In this document: positions 1 to 10,138 of the stretch, piece by piece
How positions within the stretch are numbered: position 1 is the first letter of the stretch
Layout: each line of letters begins with the position of its first letter
Source of the DNA: Bacteroidota bacterium
Lineage (GTDB): Bacteria > Bacteroidota > Bacteroidia > Chitinophagales > CAIODY01
Direction of reading: 5' to 3'
Assembly: GCA_046051225.1 (NCBI GenBank)
Contig: JBJOOR010000006.1
Coordinates: forward strand, 64,161 to 128,160
Length of the DNA: 64,000 nt
Notes under the pieces: model-generated
What the model saw: the letters and a program-made list of their open reading frames with translations, nothing else
Databases searched by the model: none
Told to the model about the DNA's origin: nothing
Program-made: the position numbers and the translations under genes

Positions 1-591
1 TTCTAATTGCGGAAGCATCATGGCTTCGGTATGTCCGTAAGCAAATTTTATTTTAAATCCTTTATATAATTCCACGTCTTTTTCGATAGGTACAAATTTC
101 AATAATCCACTTTCTTGGATAGGTAAAATATTGTCTTTTAAAAAACTTGCTTTTTCACGATTGTTGGGCACTGTAGCCCATTTCCAATGTGCTTCATTGC
201 TCCAATAAATGGCATTTGGAAAGGCTGGCAATAATTTGCCATCAGCATTTTTTAAAATAGCACCACCGCAATGGTCAAAATGAAGATGTGTTAAAAAAAC
301 ATCTGTAATATCATTTGCCGAAATATTTATTTTTTGCAATTCTTGATGTAAAGTATGCTGATAAGTAGGCTCATAAAAGCTAAAAAATCTTGCATCTTGT
401 TTGTCGCCTAAGCCACAATCAATCAATATTTTACGGTTATCAATTTCTACTAATAAACAGCGCAAAGCCCATGTACAAAGGTTGTTTTCATCAGCAGGTA
501 CTAAATTTTTCCAAAGTTTTTTGGGTACAACGCCAAACATTGCTCCGCCATCTAATTTAAAAGTACCTGTTTCTATTACGTGTAATTTCAT
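1..591 (-). CDS. MBL-fold metallo-hydrolase (partial; C-terminus lies beyond window start)
   Basis: Reverse complement of 1..591 reads MKLHVIETGTFKLDGGAMFGVVPKKLW... and contains THLHFDHCGG (HxHxDH motif). The frame is open to position 1, so it is absent from the ORF track. Confidence 0.8.
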   Translation of the reverse strand, partial: MKLHVIETGTFKLDGGAMFGVVPKKLWKNLVPADENNLCTWALRCLLVEIDNRKILIDCGLGDKQDARFFSFYEPTYQHTLHQELQKINISANDITDVFLTHLHFDHCGGAILKNADGKLLPAFPNAIYWSNEAHWKWATVPNNREKASFLKDNILPIQESGLLKFVPIEKDVELYKGFKIKFAYGHTEAMMLPQLE

Positions 592-759
592 GTAGCAAAA
601 ATAGTATTTAGTAGTAATTATAAAATTCAAATATCAATACTTATTTCCTTATTTTCGCACCTCAAATTTTAAACCGTTATTTATTACTTATTATTGAATT
701 GGTTTCTGAAAAAACACTACTATTTAATAGGAAAATATAATACAAATTACCATTGACAA

Positions 760-3700
760 ATGACAAAAAAATATCCCGAACATAAGCAACTATCCTTACC
801 CGAAATTGATAAAAATATTTTATCGTTTTGGTTAGAAAATAAAATTTTTGAACGCAGCATTTCACAACGTGAAGGTGCTGAAAGCTTCGTGTTTTATGAA
901 GGGCCACCAAGTGCTAATGGAATGCCTGGCATTCATCATGTGATGGCTCGAACGATTAAAGATATTTTTTGTCGCTACCAAACCATGAATGGCAAACAGG
1001 TGCATCGCAAAGCAGGTTGGGATACACATGGCTTACCTGTAGAATTGAGTGTGGAAAAGAGTTTGGGCATTACTAAAGAAGACATCGGAAAAAAAATAAC
1101 GGTAGAAGAATACAACAAAAAATGCCGTGAAGAGGTGATGAAATATCAGGATAAATGGGAAGAAGTAACCCGAATGATGGGTTATTGGGTGGATATGACA
1201 CAGCCTTATATCACTTACGAAAACACTTACATCGAATCGCTTTGGTGGATTTTAAAACAATTTTACAACAAAGGATTTTTATACAAAGGCTTAACTATTC
1301 AACCTTACAGTCCTGCTGCTGGCACAGGTTTGAGCAGCCATGAATTAAATCAACCAGGTTGTTATCGGGATGTGAAGGATACAACGGCAGTAGCGATGTT
1401 TAAAATCGAAGAAGAATCTAAAAGTAAATTACCATTCGCTTCAAAGTGGGAAACTTATTTTTTAGCATGGACTACAACGCCATGGACATTGCCATCGAAT
1501 ACGGCATTGGCTGTGGGAGAAAAAATTGATTACGTTGCAGTTGATATTATCCATCCGCATAAACCAGAAAAAGTAGTAACAGTTATTCTTGCAAAAAATC
1601 TTCTAGAAAAACACATTATCCTTGAATCAACTAATGGATTAAAACCTGCATATCCTCATGGAAAAGACGTTTTAGAGGAATCTTCTAAAAATCAAAAAGG
1701 AAAGTCTTTTGCATTGAGTACTCCAATTTCAGAATTCAAAGGCAAAGATTTAGAAGGTATTCGCTACGAACAATTATTGCCGTTTGAAGCCAACACCAAA
1801 GAAAATTTAGAAGGCCCGAAAGACGCATGGAGAGTGATTTGTGGCGATTTTGTAACCACTGAAGATGGAACAGGTATAGTGCATATTGCGCCAAGTTTTG
1901 GTGCTGATGACTTCCGTGTTGCCAAACAAAATAACATCGGTGCATTGACGATGGTGGACAAACGTGGCAAGTTTTTATCGGGCATAAAAGATGGTGTTTA
2001 TCTTTTTGGCGATGAGTTTATTAAAGAGGCATATTTAACCGAAGACGAAAAGAAAATTGAATTTGCGAAGCAGAAACAAATTTTAGAAGCCGCAGGAAAA
2101 GTGAAAGAATTGAAAAGCTATTTGAGTGTGGATACTCGAATCGTTTTGAAATTGCAGGAAGAAGGAAAATTATTTAAAAAAGAAAACTACGAACACAGCT
2201 ACCCACATTGCTGGCGTACTGATAAACCTGTGATTTATTATCCGTTGGATAGTTGGTTTATTGCCGTAACCAAAGTGAAAGAGAAAATGGTGGCGATGAA
2301 TAAAACCATTAATTGGAAGCCCGAAGCCACTGGTATCGGGCGTTTTGGTAATTGGTTAGAAAATGCGAATGATTGGAATTTGAGCAGAAGTAGATTTTGG
2401 GGAACACCATTACCAATTTGGAGAACCGAAGATGGCAGCGAAGAAATCGTGATTGGTTCGATAGAGGAATTGTTGAGTGAAATTGAAAAAGCGCAAAAGG
2501 TTGGTTTCAATTCCGAATTCCGAAATCAACATTCCGAACTCGATTTACATAAACCATTTGTAGATAAAATCACGTTGGTTTCACCGTCAGGCAAACCAAT
2601 GAAACGTGAATCGGATTTAATTGATGTTTGGTTTGATAGTGGCGCCATGCCGCTTGCACAGTGGCATTATCCATTCGAGAACAAAGAAATTTTTGCAAAA
2701 AATTATCCTGCCGATTTCATTGCCGAAGGCGTTGACCAAACTCGTGGATGGTTTTATACATTGCATGCCATCGCAGTAATGTTGCATGAAATTGACCCTG
2801 AAAAATTTGCAGGCGTTGCTTATAAAAATGTAATCAGCAATGGTTTGGTATTGGATAAAAATGGAGAAAAGATGAGCAAACGCTTGGGCAATGCGGTTGA
2901 CCCGTTTGAAGCCATTCCGAAATATGGTGCTGATGCGATTCGTTGGTACATGGTTGAAAATGCCAATCCTTGGGACAATTTAAAATTTGATTTTAATGGC
3001 ATTGATGAAACACGAAGAAAATTTTTCGGCACTCTTTATAATACTTACGGATTTTTTGCCTTGTACGCAAACGTAGATAGATTCAGCTATTCAGAGCCAG
3101 AAGTACTATTAAACGAACGACCAGAAATAGACCGTTGGATAATTTCGTTGCTCCATTCTTTAATCAAAGAAGTGAAAACGGCTTACGATGAATATGAGCC
3201 AACAAAGGCTGCCAGAGCCATTCAGGAGTTTGTGGATGAGCATTTTAGCAATTGGTATATTCGGTTATGCAGAAGAAGATTTTGGAAAGGCGAATACGAG
3301 CAAGATAAAATTGCGGCTTATCAAACTTTGTACACTTGTTTAGAAACTTTGAGTCAGTTGATGAGTCCAGTTGCGCCATTTTTTGCAGAATGGCTTTTCA
3401 AAAATTTGAACGATTCTACTGGAAAAATTAATACTGATTCAGTGCATTTGAGCAATTTTCCAATTGCTAATTCTGCGTTTATTGATAAGGCTTTAGAAGA
3501 ACGAATGCAAATGGCGCAAGATATTTCTTCGTTGGTTTTATCGCTTCGCAAAAAGGTGAATATTAAAGTTCGTCAGCCGTTGCAAAAAATTATTGTTCCA
3601 ATTTTGAATGATGATTTCAAACATCAATTAACAAAAGTTCAAGACTTAATTTTGAGCGAAGTGAATGTGAAAGAATTGGAAATGATAACCGAAACCGAAG

Positions 3701-4233
3701 GCATCATCAAAAAGAAAATTAAAGCCAACTTTAAAACGCTTGGCGCAAAGCTTGGGAAACAGATGAAAGAGGGTGCAGCTCAAATTGCCAATTTTACTCA
3801 ACACCAAATTTCGGAATTGGAAAAGAATGGTTCTTTTGAATTGCAAATTGCAGATTCAAAATTTCAAATTGAATTGAATGACGTAGAAATTACTGCTGAA
3901 GATATTCCGGGTTGGCAAGTGGCAAACAAAGGGATTTTAACCGTTGCACTCGATATTAATTTAACAGAACAACTTGAAAATGAGGGGATTGCACGTGAGT
4001 TGGTGAACCAAATTCAGAAGATAAGAAAAGAAAGCAAATTTAATATCACAGATAAAATTAACGTTATATTAGAAGAAAATACTTTATTAAAAAATGCGAT
4101 AGCTGAATATAAAGGTTATATTTGCGCCGAAATTTTGGCGGAAAATATTGATTTTAAAATTAATATGATGTCAGATGTAAGTATAGAAATTAACGAACAG
4201 CCGCTAAAAATTATTGTTCACCATTTAAACTAA
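760..4233 (+). CDS. ileS: isoleucine--tRNA ligase (long type-2 form)
   Basis: 1157 aa. Class I signatures PPSANGMPGIHH (HIGH-like) and KMSKRLGN (KMSKS), plus the typical IleRS editing/anticodon-binding layout. Confidence 0.97.
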   Translation: MTKKYPEHKQLSLPEIDKNILSFWLENKIFERSISQREGAESFVFYEGPPSANGMPGIHHVMARTIKDIFCRYQTMNGKQVHRKAGWDTHGLPVELSVEKSLGITKEDIGKKITVEEYNKKCREEVMKYQDKWEEVTRMMGYWVDMTQPYITYENTYIESLWWILKQFYNKGFLYKGLTIQPYSPAAGTGLSSHELNQPGCYRDVKDTTAVAMFKIEEESKSKLPFASKWETYFLAWTTTPWTLPSNTALAVGEKIDYVAVDIIHPHKPEKVVTVILAKNLLEKHIILESTNGLKPAYPHGKDVLEESSKNQKGKSFALSTPISEFKGKDLEGIRYEQLLPFEANTKENLEGPKDAWRVICGDFVTTEDGTGIVHIAPSFGADDFRVAKQNNIGALTMVDKRGKFLSGIKDGVYLFGDEFIKEAYLTEDEKKIEFAKQKQILEAAGKVKELKSYLSVDTRIVLKLQEEGKLFKKENYEHSYPHCWRTDKPVIYYPLDSWFIAVTKVKEKMVAMNKTINWKPEATGIGRFGNWLENANDWNLSRSRFWGTPLPIWRTEDGSEEIVIGSIEELLSEIEKAQKVGFNSEFRNQHSELDLHKPFVDKITLVSPSGKPMKRESDLIDVWFDSGAMPLAQWHYPFENKEIFAKNYPADFIAEGVDQTRGWFYTLHAIAVMLHEIDPEKFAGVAYKNVISNGLVLDKNGEKMSKRLGNAVDPFEAIPKYGADAIRWYMVENANPWDNLKFDFNGIDETRRKFFGTLYNTYGFFALYANVDRFSYSEPEVLLNERPEIDRWIISLLHSLIKEVKTAYDEYEPTKAARAIQEFVDEHFSNWYIRLCRRRFWKGEYEQDKIAAYQTLYTCLETLSQLMSPVAPFFAEWLFKNLNDSTGKINTDSVHLSNFPIANSAFIDKALEERMQMAQDISSLVLSLRKKVNIKVRQPLQKIIVPILNDDFKHQLTKVQDLILSEVNVKELEMITETEGIIKKKIKANFKTLGAKLGKQMKEGAAQIANFTQHQISELEKNGSFELQIADSKFQIELNDVEITAEDIPGWQVANKGILTVALDINLTEQLENEGIARELVNQIQKIRKESKFNITDKINVILEENTLLKNAIAEYKGYICAEILAENIDFKINMMSDVSIEINEQPLKIIVHHLN

Positions 4234-4236
4234 ATA

Positions 4237-5136
4237 GTGATGGCAAAAAAACCAGCACCGAAAAAGAAAGCTCCGGTAAAACAAAGCAAACCAGCTCCTA
4301 AAAAAGTTGTAAAACCTGCTGCTAAAAAAGTAGTTAAGGCTGCAAAACCTGCTGCTAAAAAAACAGTGGCAAAAAAGGTTGCTTCTAAATCAGTGGCAAA
4401 AAAAGTATCTAAACCAATTGCAAAAGCAAAATCGGTAGCTAAAAAAGTTGCTACGAAGCCGATTGCAAAAAAGATTGTAAAGCCAACTGCAAAAAAAGCT
4501 ACCTCAAAACCAGTTGCAAAAAAGGTTGTAAAACCAGCACCGAAGCCGATTGCAAAAAAGGTAGAACCTAAAAAAGTTGAGAAAGTAAAAGTAAAAGCGG
4601 TTGTTTCTAAAAAAGAAACAAAAAATATGAGTAAAGCAAGTAAAGTGAAGGTAGAAAAACCATCAAAGCGTCAGGTTGATAATACGCCAATTCCTGAATT
4701 AAAACTGCCAATTATGCGAAAAGTTGGTCCTCAACCTATTAAGCGTTCAACCGTAGATTTAACAAGAACTAGATATCCAGATAGTGAATTGAATGAATTT
4801 AGAGATTTGATAAATGATAAAATGCAAAAATCGAAAGAAGAATTGCATTATATTCAAGAGCAAATTACTAAATCGTCTGAAAATTCTACAGCTGATACTG
4901 AAAATAGATTTGGTGGGATGGAAGATGGGGCTGGTACATTAGAACGTGAATATTTGAATCAAATGGCAACAAGATTGGGTACTTTTATTGGTCATTTAGA
5001 AAAAGCATTAATGCGAATTGATAATAAAACTTATGGCATTTGTCGTATTACGGGCAAATTAATATCAAAAGAAAGATTACGTGCTGTTCCTCATGCCACT
5101 TTAAGTTTAGAGGCTAAGGAATTAGAAAAAAGATAG
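4237..5136 (+). CDS. DksA/TraR-family protein with long Lys/Ala/Pro-rich histone-H1-like N-terminal repeat region
   Basis: The C-terminus, NKTYGICRITGKLISKERLRAVPHATLSLEAKE, matches the Bacteroidetes TraR/DksA tail found downstream of ileS. The N-terminal ~125 aa are KKxAKP / PIAKKVV repeats. GTG at 4237 is followed by ATG at 4240. Confidence 0.75.
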   Translation: MMAKKPAPKKKAPVKQSKPAPKKVVKPAAKKVVKAAKPAAKKTVAKKVASKSVAKKVSKPIAKAKSVAKKVATKPIAKKIVKPTAKKATSKPVAKKVVKPAPKPIAKKVEPKKVEKVKVKAVVSKKETKNMSKASKVKVEKPSKRQVDNTPIPELKLPIMRKVGPQPIKRSTVDLTRTRYPDSELNEFRDLINDKMQKSKEELHYIQEQITKSSENSTADTENRFGGMEDGAGTLEREYLNQMATRLGTFIGHLEKALMRIDNKTYGICRITGKLISKERLRAVPHATLSLEAKELEKR

Positions 5137-5157
5137 ATTATAATGTTGTAAAAAAAT

Positions 5158-5197
5158 AAAAAAGCAGAATTGGTAAATACTAGTTCTGCTTTTTTTA
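5158..5197 (+). terminator. rho-independent terminator after the DksA/TraR gene
   Basis: Stem agcagaa / ttctgct with a 14-nt loop, followed by a T7 run. Confidence 0.7.
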
Positions 5198-5349
5198 TCA
5201 ACAACTAATTGAATTACTTTATAGTTGATGTATTTTATTGTAAACAAATGAAATAATTTAAGCAGAAACTATATGGCATGATGGTTGCCTAAAAAGAAAA
5301 AACATTTACTTTTATAAAATTATTAAACAATCTAAAAACAAAATTAATT

Positions 5350-5784
5350 ATGTCGATGATTAAAGAATTTAAAGAGTTTGCCATGAAAGGCAATTTGGTA
5401 GACATGGCAATTGCGGTAGTTATGGCTGGTGCTTTTGGTAAGGTTACAAGTGCATTTATTGATGGCATGGTAATGCCTGCTGTAGGGATGCTTACAGGCG
5501 GTACCGATTTTAACGACAAAGTAGTAACTCTAAAAGCAGCTATAACCGAAGTAAAAGATGCAACAGGCGCTGTAATTACAAAAGCCGAACCATCTGTGGT
5601 TATTAAATATGGTACGTTCATTACGGTTACTATTGAATTTCTAATTATTGCATTTGTAATGTTTATGATAATAAAAGCAATTAATAAAATGAAAAAAGCT
5701 GAAGTAGCTGCTCCTGCCGCTCCACCTGCTCCATCTTCAACAGATAAATTATTAATGGAAATAAGAGATTCATTAAAAAAATAA
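5350..5784 (+). CDS. mscL: large-conductance mechanosensitive channel
   Basis: 144 aa. N-terminus IKEFKEFAMKGNLVDMAIAVVMAGAFGKV is the canonical MscL TM1 region. Confidence 0.95.
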   Translation: MSMIKEFKEFAMKGNLVDMAIAVVMAGAFGKVTSAFIDGMVMPAVGMLTGGTDFNDKVVTLKAAITEVKDATGAVITKAEPSVVIKYGTFITVTIEFLIIAFVMFMIIKAINKMKKAEVAAPAAPPAPSSTDKLLMEIRDSLKK

Positions 5785-5800
5785 TTATCCAACTAATTTA

Positions 5801-5835
5801 AGTCTATCAAATTAATAGTTTGATAGACTTTTTTA
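5801..5835 (+). terminator. rho-independent terminator after mscL
   Basis: Stem agtctatcaa / ttgatagact (10 bp) followed by a T run. Confidence 0.75.
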
Positions 5836-5866
5836 TTAAACCAAAACCACAATTACATATTTTAAT

Positions 5867-6829
5867 ATGAAAAAAATTACTTTATTATTTTTAGCCGCTG
5901 TGCTATTCAGTTCATCAACATTTGCCTTTATGCCAGCCGATACAGGCAAATGGGAAAAAGGTGGTACATTTAATTTAAGTTTTTCAGAAACAGGTTATCA
6001 AAATTGGGCTACAGTAACCGATGATGTAGTAACTGTAAACAGCTTATTAAGTTTATTTGCTAAGTACAAAAAAGGAAAATTAAATTGGGAAAACTATGGC
6101 GATTTTGCTTATGCTCAATCTCGATTAAGTTCAATAGGTTCGTTCAGAAAAAGTGATGATAGAATGGATGTAACATCTAAAGTGGGTTATGCTGCATCTA
6201 GTAAATTATTTTATACATTACTTTTCAACTTTAAAAGCCAATTTGCACCTGGCTATACTTATGATAATGCATTAGATAAAACTGGTACTAGAAACAGCGA
6301 TTTCTTATTACCTGCCAAAATAGAATTATCATTAGGGTTAGATTATAAACCTACCGATTACTTTTCTGTTTTCTTTTCGCCATTGGCAAACAGAATTGTG
6401 TATTGTAATACACATGATTCATCATTATTGGCTACTTATTTAAAAGTACGACCACAGGATATTGATAAAAATACTGGTAAAAGACAAGGTGGCGCTATCA
6501 ACTATCGTTATGAATTTGGTTCGTCATTAAAAATGTTGTTTCAAAAAGATGTGATGAAAAATGTAAACGTAAAAACCCGTTTAGAGTTTTTTACTGATTA
6601 TTTAGATAATGCACACAATGTGGATGTATTTGGCGATTTAATTATTTCGATGAAAGTAAATAAATACATCAGCGCTTCGGTTGGTGCTACTGTTATTTAC
6701 GATAATGATGTGGCAGTGCCAACAGGTAAAACTTATGATGCTATAACTCATAATACCACTTACTTGAGTGCAGGTCCTAGAACTCAATTTCGTCACACAG
6801 TAGGTGTTGGGTTAGCTTATAAATTTTAA
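5867..6829 (+). CDS. outer-membrane beta-barrel protein (DUF3078-like)
   Basis: Signal peptide. GGTFNLSFSETGYQNW motif resembles the DUF3078 family. Alternating beta-strand pattern and C-terminal ...GLAYKF aromatic terminus. Confidence 0.6.
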   Translation: MKKITLLFLAAVLFSSSTFAFMPADTGKWEKGGTFNLSFSETGYQNWATVTDDVVTVNSLLSLFAKYKKGKLNWENYGDFAYAQSRLSSIGSFRKSDDRMDVTSKVGYAASSKLFYTLLFNFKSQFAPGYTYDNALDKTGTRNSDFLLPAKIELSLGLDYKPTDYFSVFFSPLANRIVYCNTHDSSLLATYLKVRPQDIDKNTGKRQGGAINYRYEFGSSLKMLFQKDVMKNVNVKTRLEFFTDYLDNAHNVDVFGDLIISMKVNKYISASVGATVIYDNDVAVPTGKTYDAITHNTTYLSAGPRTQFRHTVGVGLAYKF

Positions 6830-6845
6830 TACAGCCTTATTCAAC

Positions 6846-6880
6846 AAAAAGCCCCGATAGAAATTCTATCGAGGCTTTTT
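6846..6880. terminator. bidirectional terminator between convergent genes
   Basis: aaaaagccccgatag ... ctatcgaggcttttt. A hairpin flanked by an A run and a T run. Confidence 0.7.
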
Positions 6881-6899
6881 AATTTTAGAAAATTCTTAG

Positions 6900-7196
6900 T
6901 TATAGTGCATTAAAAGCCATTATACCACCTTCTAAATTTTTAACATTTGTAAACCCTGCTGATAATAAAAATTGCTGCGCTGCTGCACTTCTACCGCCCG
7001 ATTTGCATTGCATAATTACTTCGGCATTTTTTAAATGTTCTAATTCCTCTATATTAGCTGGTAAAGTTCCTAATGGAATATTTACTGCCGTAGGAATATT
7101 TGTTTCTTCATATTCATACACTTCTCTAACATCAATAATGTTCAATTTTTCGCCATTGTTTAATCTTTGTTTTACTTCGGTTGCTGTAATTGTCAT
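6900..7196 (-). CDS. rhodanese-like domain protein
   Basis: 98 aa with the active-site loop CKSGGRS, typical of single-domain sulfurtransferases. Confidence 0.85.
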   Translation of the reverse strand: MTITATEVKQRLNNGEKLNIIDVREVYEYEETNIPTAVNIPLGTLPANIEELEHLKNAEVIMQCKSGGRSAAAQQFLLSAGFTNVKNLEGGIMAFNAL

Positions 7197-7199
7197 AAA

Positions 7200-9107
7200 T
7201 TATTCTTTTATAAATTTAGTAGTAATTGTTTTTCCGTTGGTATAATTTAATGCTTTTATAACATAAATACCGGCTTCTAATTTTTCAATATCAATAGTAT
7301 TGCTGGTAGAATGATGATTGTTTTTTAGCATAAAAAATTCTCTACCCATTATATCATATATTTTTATTTCATCTACCGTTTCATTATTAGTTTGTAAAAC
7401 AATGGTATGGGTAGCAGGGTTTGGATACAATTTATAATCTTGTATTTGATTGGCTGCTACATCATTTATAAAAGTTCCTAAGGGCACACAGCTGCCAAAT
7501 AATGGGCGCATCATCAATGCACCATTGATGATAGACGGAAACCAACCCAAGCCCGTGTTTACATATAAATGTGTATGTGCATCATCGTTTACATCAAAGC
7601 CAATATTCAAATAATCAGCTTGCAATTGAGTAAACCCAATATAAAATTTGCCCGAAGGAAGTATCTGTACAGTATCTAAAGGATAGGTAGCCCAACCATT
7701 TGTACTATCTACATATATTGGTTTTAGGAATGTTTCTTTTTGAATTTGTACATCTAAAACGCCATTCGGAATATCAATTGAACTCCATACTTTTAAATCA
7801 AAAAGCTTCGAACTTACATCGGCATTCATGTGTGCAAAATGAATTTGAATGGCTTTTAAAGTATCTGAAGTATTTAAAGCAAACTCATAAGCCAATGCTG
7901 CATCATTGCCTAATACACCATACACTTTTTCGGCTGTACCATCATCATAGGCTAGGTAATTAGAAAATTTCAATAAATAGTTGAACGTATCATTTTGATT
8001 ATTTTCGCCATTAGGGGGCTTAAAACTAAATTTTTCTTTAACTATACTGTTTCTACAACCCACTTGTGTAAGCGTATCAGGAATTGTATAAATAGGGGTA
8101 TAGCTTGGTTGTGGGGCTACAAATGAGTTGGCGTTTACATTATTCGATAATGAATTATATTTTTTGATGGTATCGCCCGATATGCCATCATATACATTGC
8201 AACGATAATCTAAATTGCCACTCACATTCCAATTATTAAAAATTTCGCATTTAAAACTGCTTGCCATTTCAGCACTTTTATTAGGTTTAAACTGTTTAAA
8301 AGGCATCGAAAAATAATTCAATAATGGGTTGGTGGGTATATTCGAAAAAGAGAAATCGCTGGTAGCATCGTTATAAGTTCTCGATTTATTAAGTTTTACA
8401 TAATCAATGTTCCAATGGTCGTTATTACCACTAATGGTGGCTATGTTTCTAAATCTAAATTGAAATAACGAATCAAAAAAAAGCGAATCGGTAAGTGGTA
8501 AAATAATGTACGAAAAATAAGCAGGTAATGGGTCGGATGAAAAACCATCTACACTCCAAATTTTAATCCAAGTACTATTTTTGTTTTTAAATTCTAATAC
8601 CAATGAATCGCCAATATCTGGGTAATCGCCATGCCCTTCGGGTTGATAAAAAAAACTAAAAAACACTGAATCTTTTGGAAATAAATTAAACAAATTTATA
8701 TGTTGCGATGATATTGTATCGGCACCGCCAAATGCAAATGGTACATAAGTATAGGCTTTGCCACTATCTGCCAATCCATCTAATGTAATACAGCCATAAG
8801 ATGGCGGATTGATAGGGTAATCATTGTTTACCAAAGCACCCGAATTTATCCAAAGCGAATCATTAGGATTCATATCTTTTGTAGAGAATGGATAATTTTT
8901 GCTTTGAATAAAATCATCAAAAAATGGAAGCTTTAATGGCTTTTTATACGTTGATTTTGCTTTGCTTTTTTGTGTAGATGATACAGTATTGTTTTTTATC
9001 CATCTACTGCCTTTTGCTTGTGCATCGTTGTTCAATATTTCTTGAGCAAACAGATGATGGCTAAGCAAAAATGAAAAAACAAATAAGAAGAATACAAAAG
9101 TTTTCAA
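7200..9107 (-). CDS. secreted protein with T9SS C-terminal sorting domain
   Basis: Signal peptide. C-terminus KLYPNPATHTIVLQT...GIYVIKAL...KFIKE is a Por/T9SS CTD. Confidence 0.75.
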   Translation of the reverse strand: MKTFVFFLFVFSFLLSHHLFAQEILNNDAQAKGSRWIKNNTVSSTQKSKAKSTYKKPLKLPFFDDFIQSKNYPFSTKDMNPNDSLWINSGALVNNDYPINPPSYGCITLDGLADSGKAYTYVPFAFGGADTISSQHINLFNLFPKDSVFFSFFYQPEGHGDYPDIGDSLVLEFKNKNSTWIKIWSVDGFSSDPLPAYFSYIILPLTDSLFFDSLFQFRFRNIATISGNNDHWNIDYVKLNKSRTYNDATSDFSFSNIPTNPLLNYFSMPFKQFKPNKSAEMASSFKCEIFNNWNVSGNLDYRCNVYDGISGDTIKKYNSLSNNVNANSFVAPQPSYTPIYTIPDTLTQVGCRNSIVKEKFSFKPPNGENNQNDTFNYLLKFSNYLAYDDGTAEKVYGVLGNDAALAYEFALNTSDTLKAIQIHFAHMNADVSSKLFDLKVWSSIDIPNGVLDVQIQKETFLKPIYVDSTNGWATYPLDTVQILPSGKFYIGFTQLQADYLNIGFDVNDDAHTHLYVNTGLGWFPSIINGALMMRPLFGSCVPLGTFINDVAANQIQDYKLYPNPATHTIVLQTNNETVDEIKIYDIMGREFFMLKNNHHSTSNTIDIEKLEAGIYVIKALNYTNGKTITTKFIKE

Positions 9108-9122
9108 AGCGTTATTAAAGTT

Positions 9123-9971
9123 TTATTGCACATCAATGGTTGAACCTTCGCCAGTTTTAATATGAGTATGCAAACTATCTAATCGTATTTTATCCGAATT
9201 TAAAGTAAGCCATATATCAATACTTTGCCCCATGTGTATCATCACTGGATTATCTAATTCATCATATACATCGGGCGACTGACGATAGATAAACGCCGAA
9301 GTAGAATCATTTATTGCATCATTATCATAAATAACTGAACCTATCGAAATATGATTTTCATTTAAAATAATTTTTGCTTCTTCTAACGACATGCCAGATA
9401 GGCTTGGCACAGGCATTTCTTCCGAGCCTAAGCCATTGGCTACTATTAAATTTACATAGCTTCCTTTTCGCAATTTCGTACCTGCATCTATTTGCTGTCC
9501 ATTTAATTCGGCATACAACACAGCATTGCTAGCATAATCGGGCTTGTAGATTACTTTACCAAAATTTAATCCATTTGTTTTTAAAATCATCATTGCTTGG
9601 CGCAATGATGCATCTTTTACATTTGGCATTTTAATATAGGGTGGCGAAAATACTTGAATAGAAACATAAATTTTTCTGCCAGGTTTTACTGGTGTGCCCG
9701 ATTTGGGGTCTTGTTCTAATATCATTCCTGGCTTTGTGCCCAATACAAATGTGCTATCCATTATTTCTACATCTAAGCCTCGTTCATCTAATAATGCACG
9801 GGCTTTGTTTAGCTGCAAGCCTTTTATCATGGGCACATTTATAGCTTTGCCATGTTGGGTAAGCCATCCCAAACTAACCAACAGAAACCAAATCAAAACA
9901 AAACTTATTACCATAGCTATTGCTATTTGATACCACAAGTATTTTGATTTTATGAAATGAAATAAATTCAC
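9123..9971 (-). CDS. PASTA domain-containing membrane protein
   Basis: N-terminal TM helix followed by three repeats of the PASTA pattern (VPxxxGxxxxxAxxxLxxxGL...). Confidence 0.8.
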   Translation of the reverse strand: MNLFHFIKSKYLWYQIAIAMVISFVLIWFLLVSLGWLTQHGKAINVPMIKGLQLNKARALLDERGLDVEIMDSTFVLGTKPGMILEQDPKSGTPVKPGRKIYVSIQVFSPPYIKMPNVKDASLRQAMMILKTNGLNFGKVIYKPDYASNAVLYAELNGQQIDAGTKLRKGSYVNLIVANGLGSEEMPVPSLSGMSLEEAKIILNENHISIGSVIYDNDAINDSTSAFIYRQSPDVYDELDNPVMIHMGQSIDIWLTLNSDKIRLDSLHTHIKTGEGSTIDVQ

Positions 9972-10138
9972 AATTGATATTTCTTTTTGAATAAATTAAG
10001 TGGCTGCAATTTACAATTGTTTTTAAAATAGACTATTGATTTGCGCTGAACAATATCAACATCTACACCTTTACAAACAATAAAAAAAGCAACCCATAAA
10101 AAAATTAAAGCAAGCAAATAGTAGGTATGCAATACAGA

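Noticed and set aside
5289-5792. A 167-aa minus-strand ORF antisense to mscL.
   Set aside because: It fully overlaps the confidently identified mscL. Its translation is low-complexity (GAAGAATSAFF...) and mirrors the Ala/Pro-rich MscL tail.
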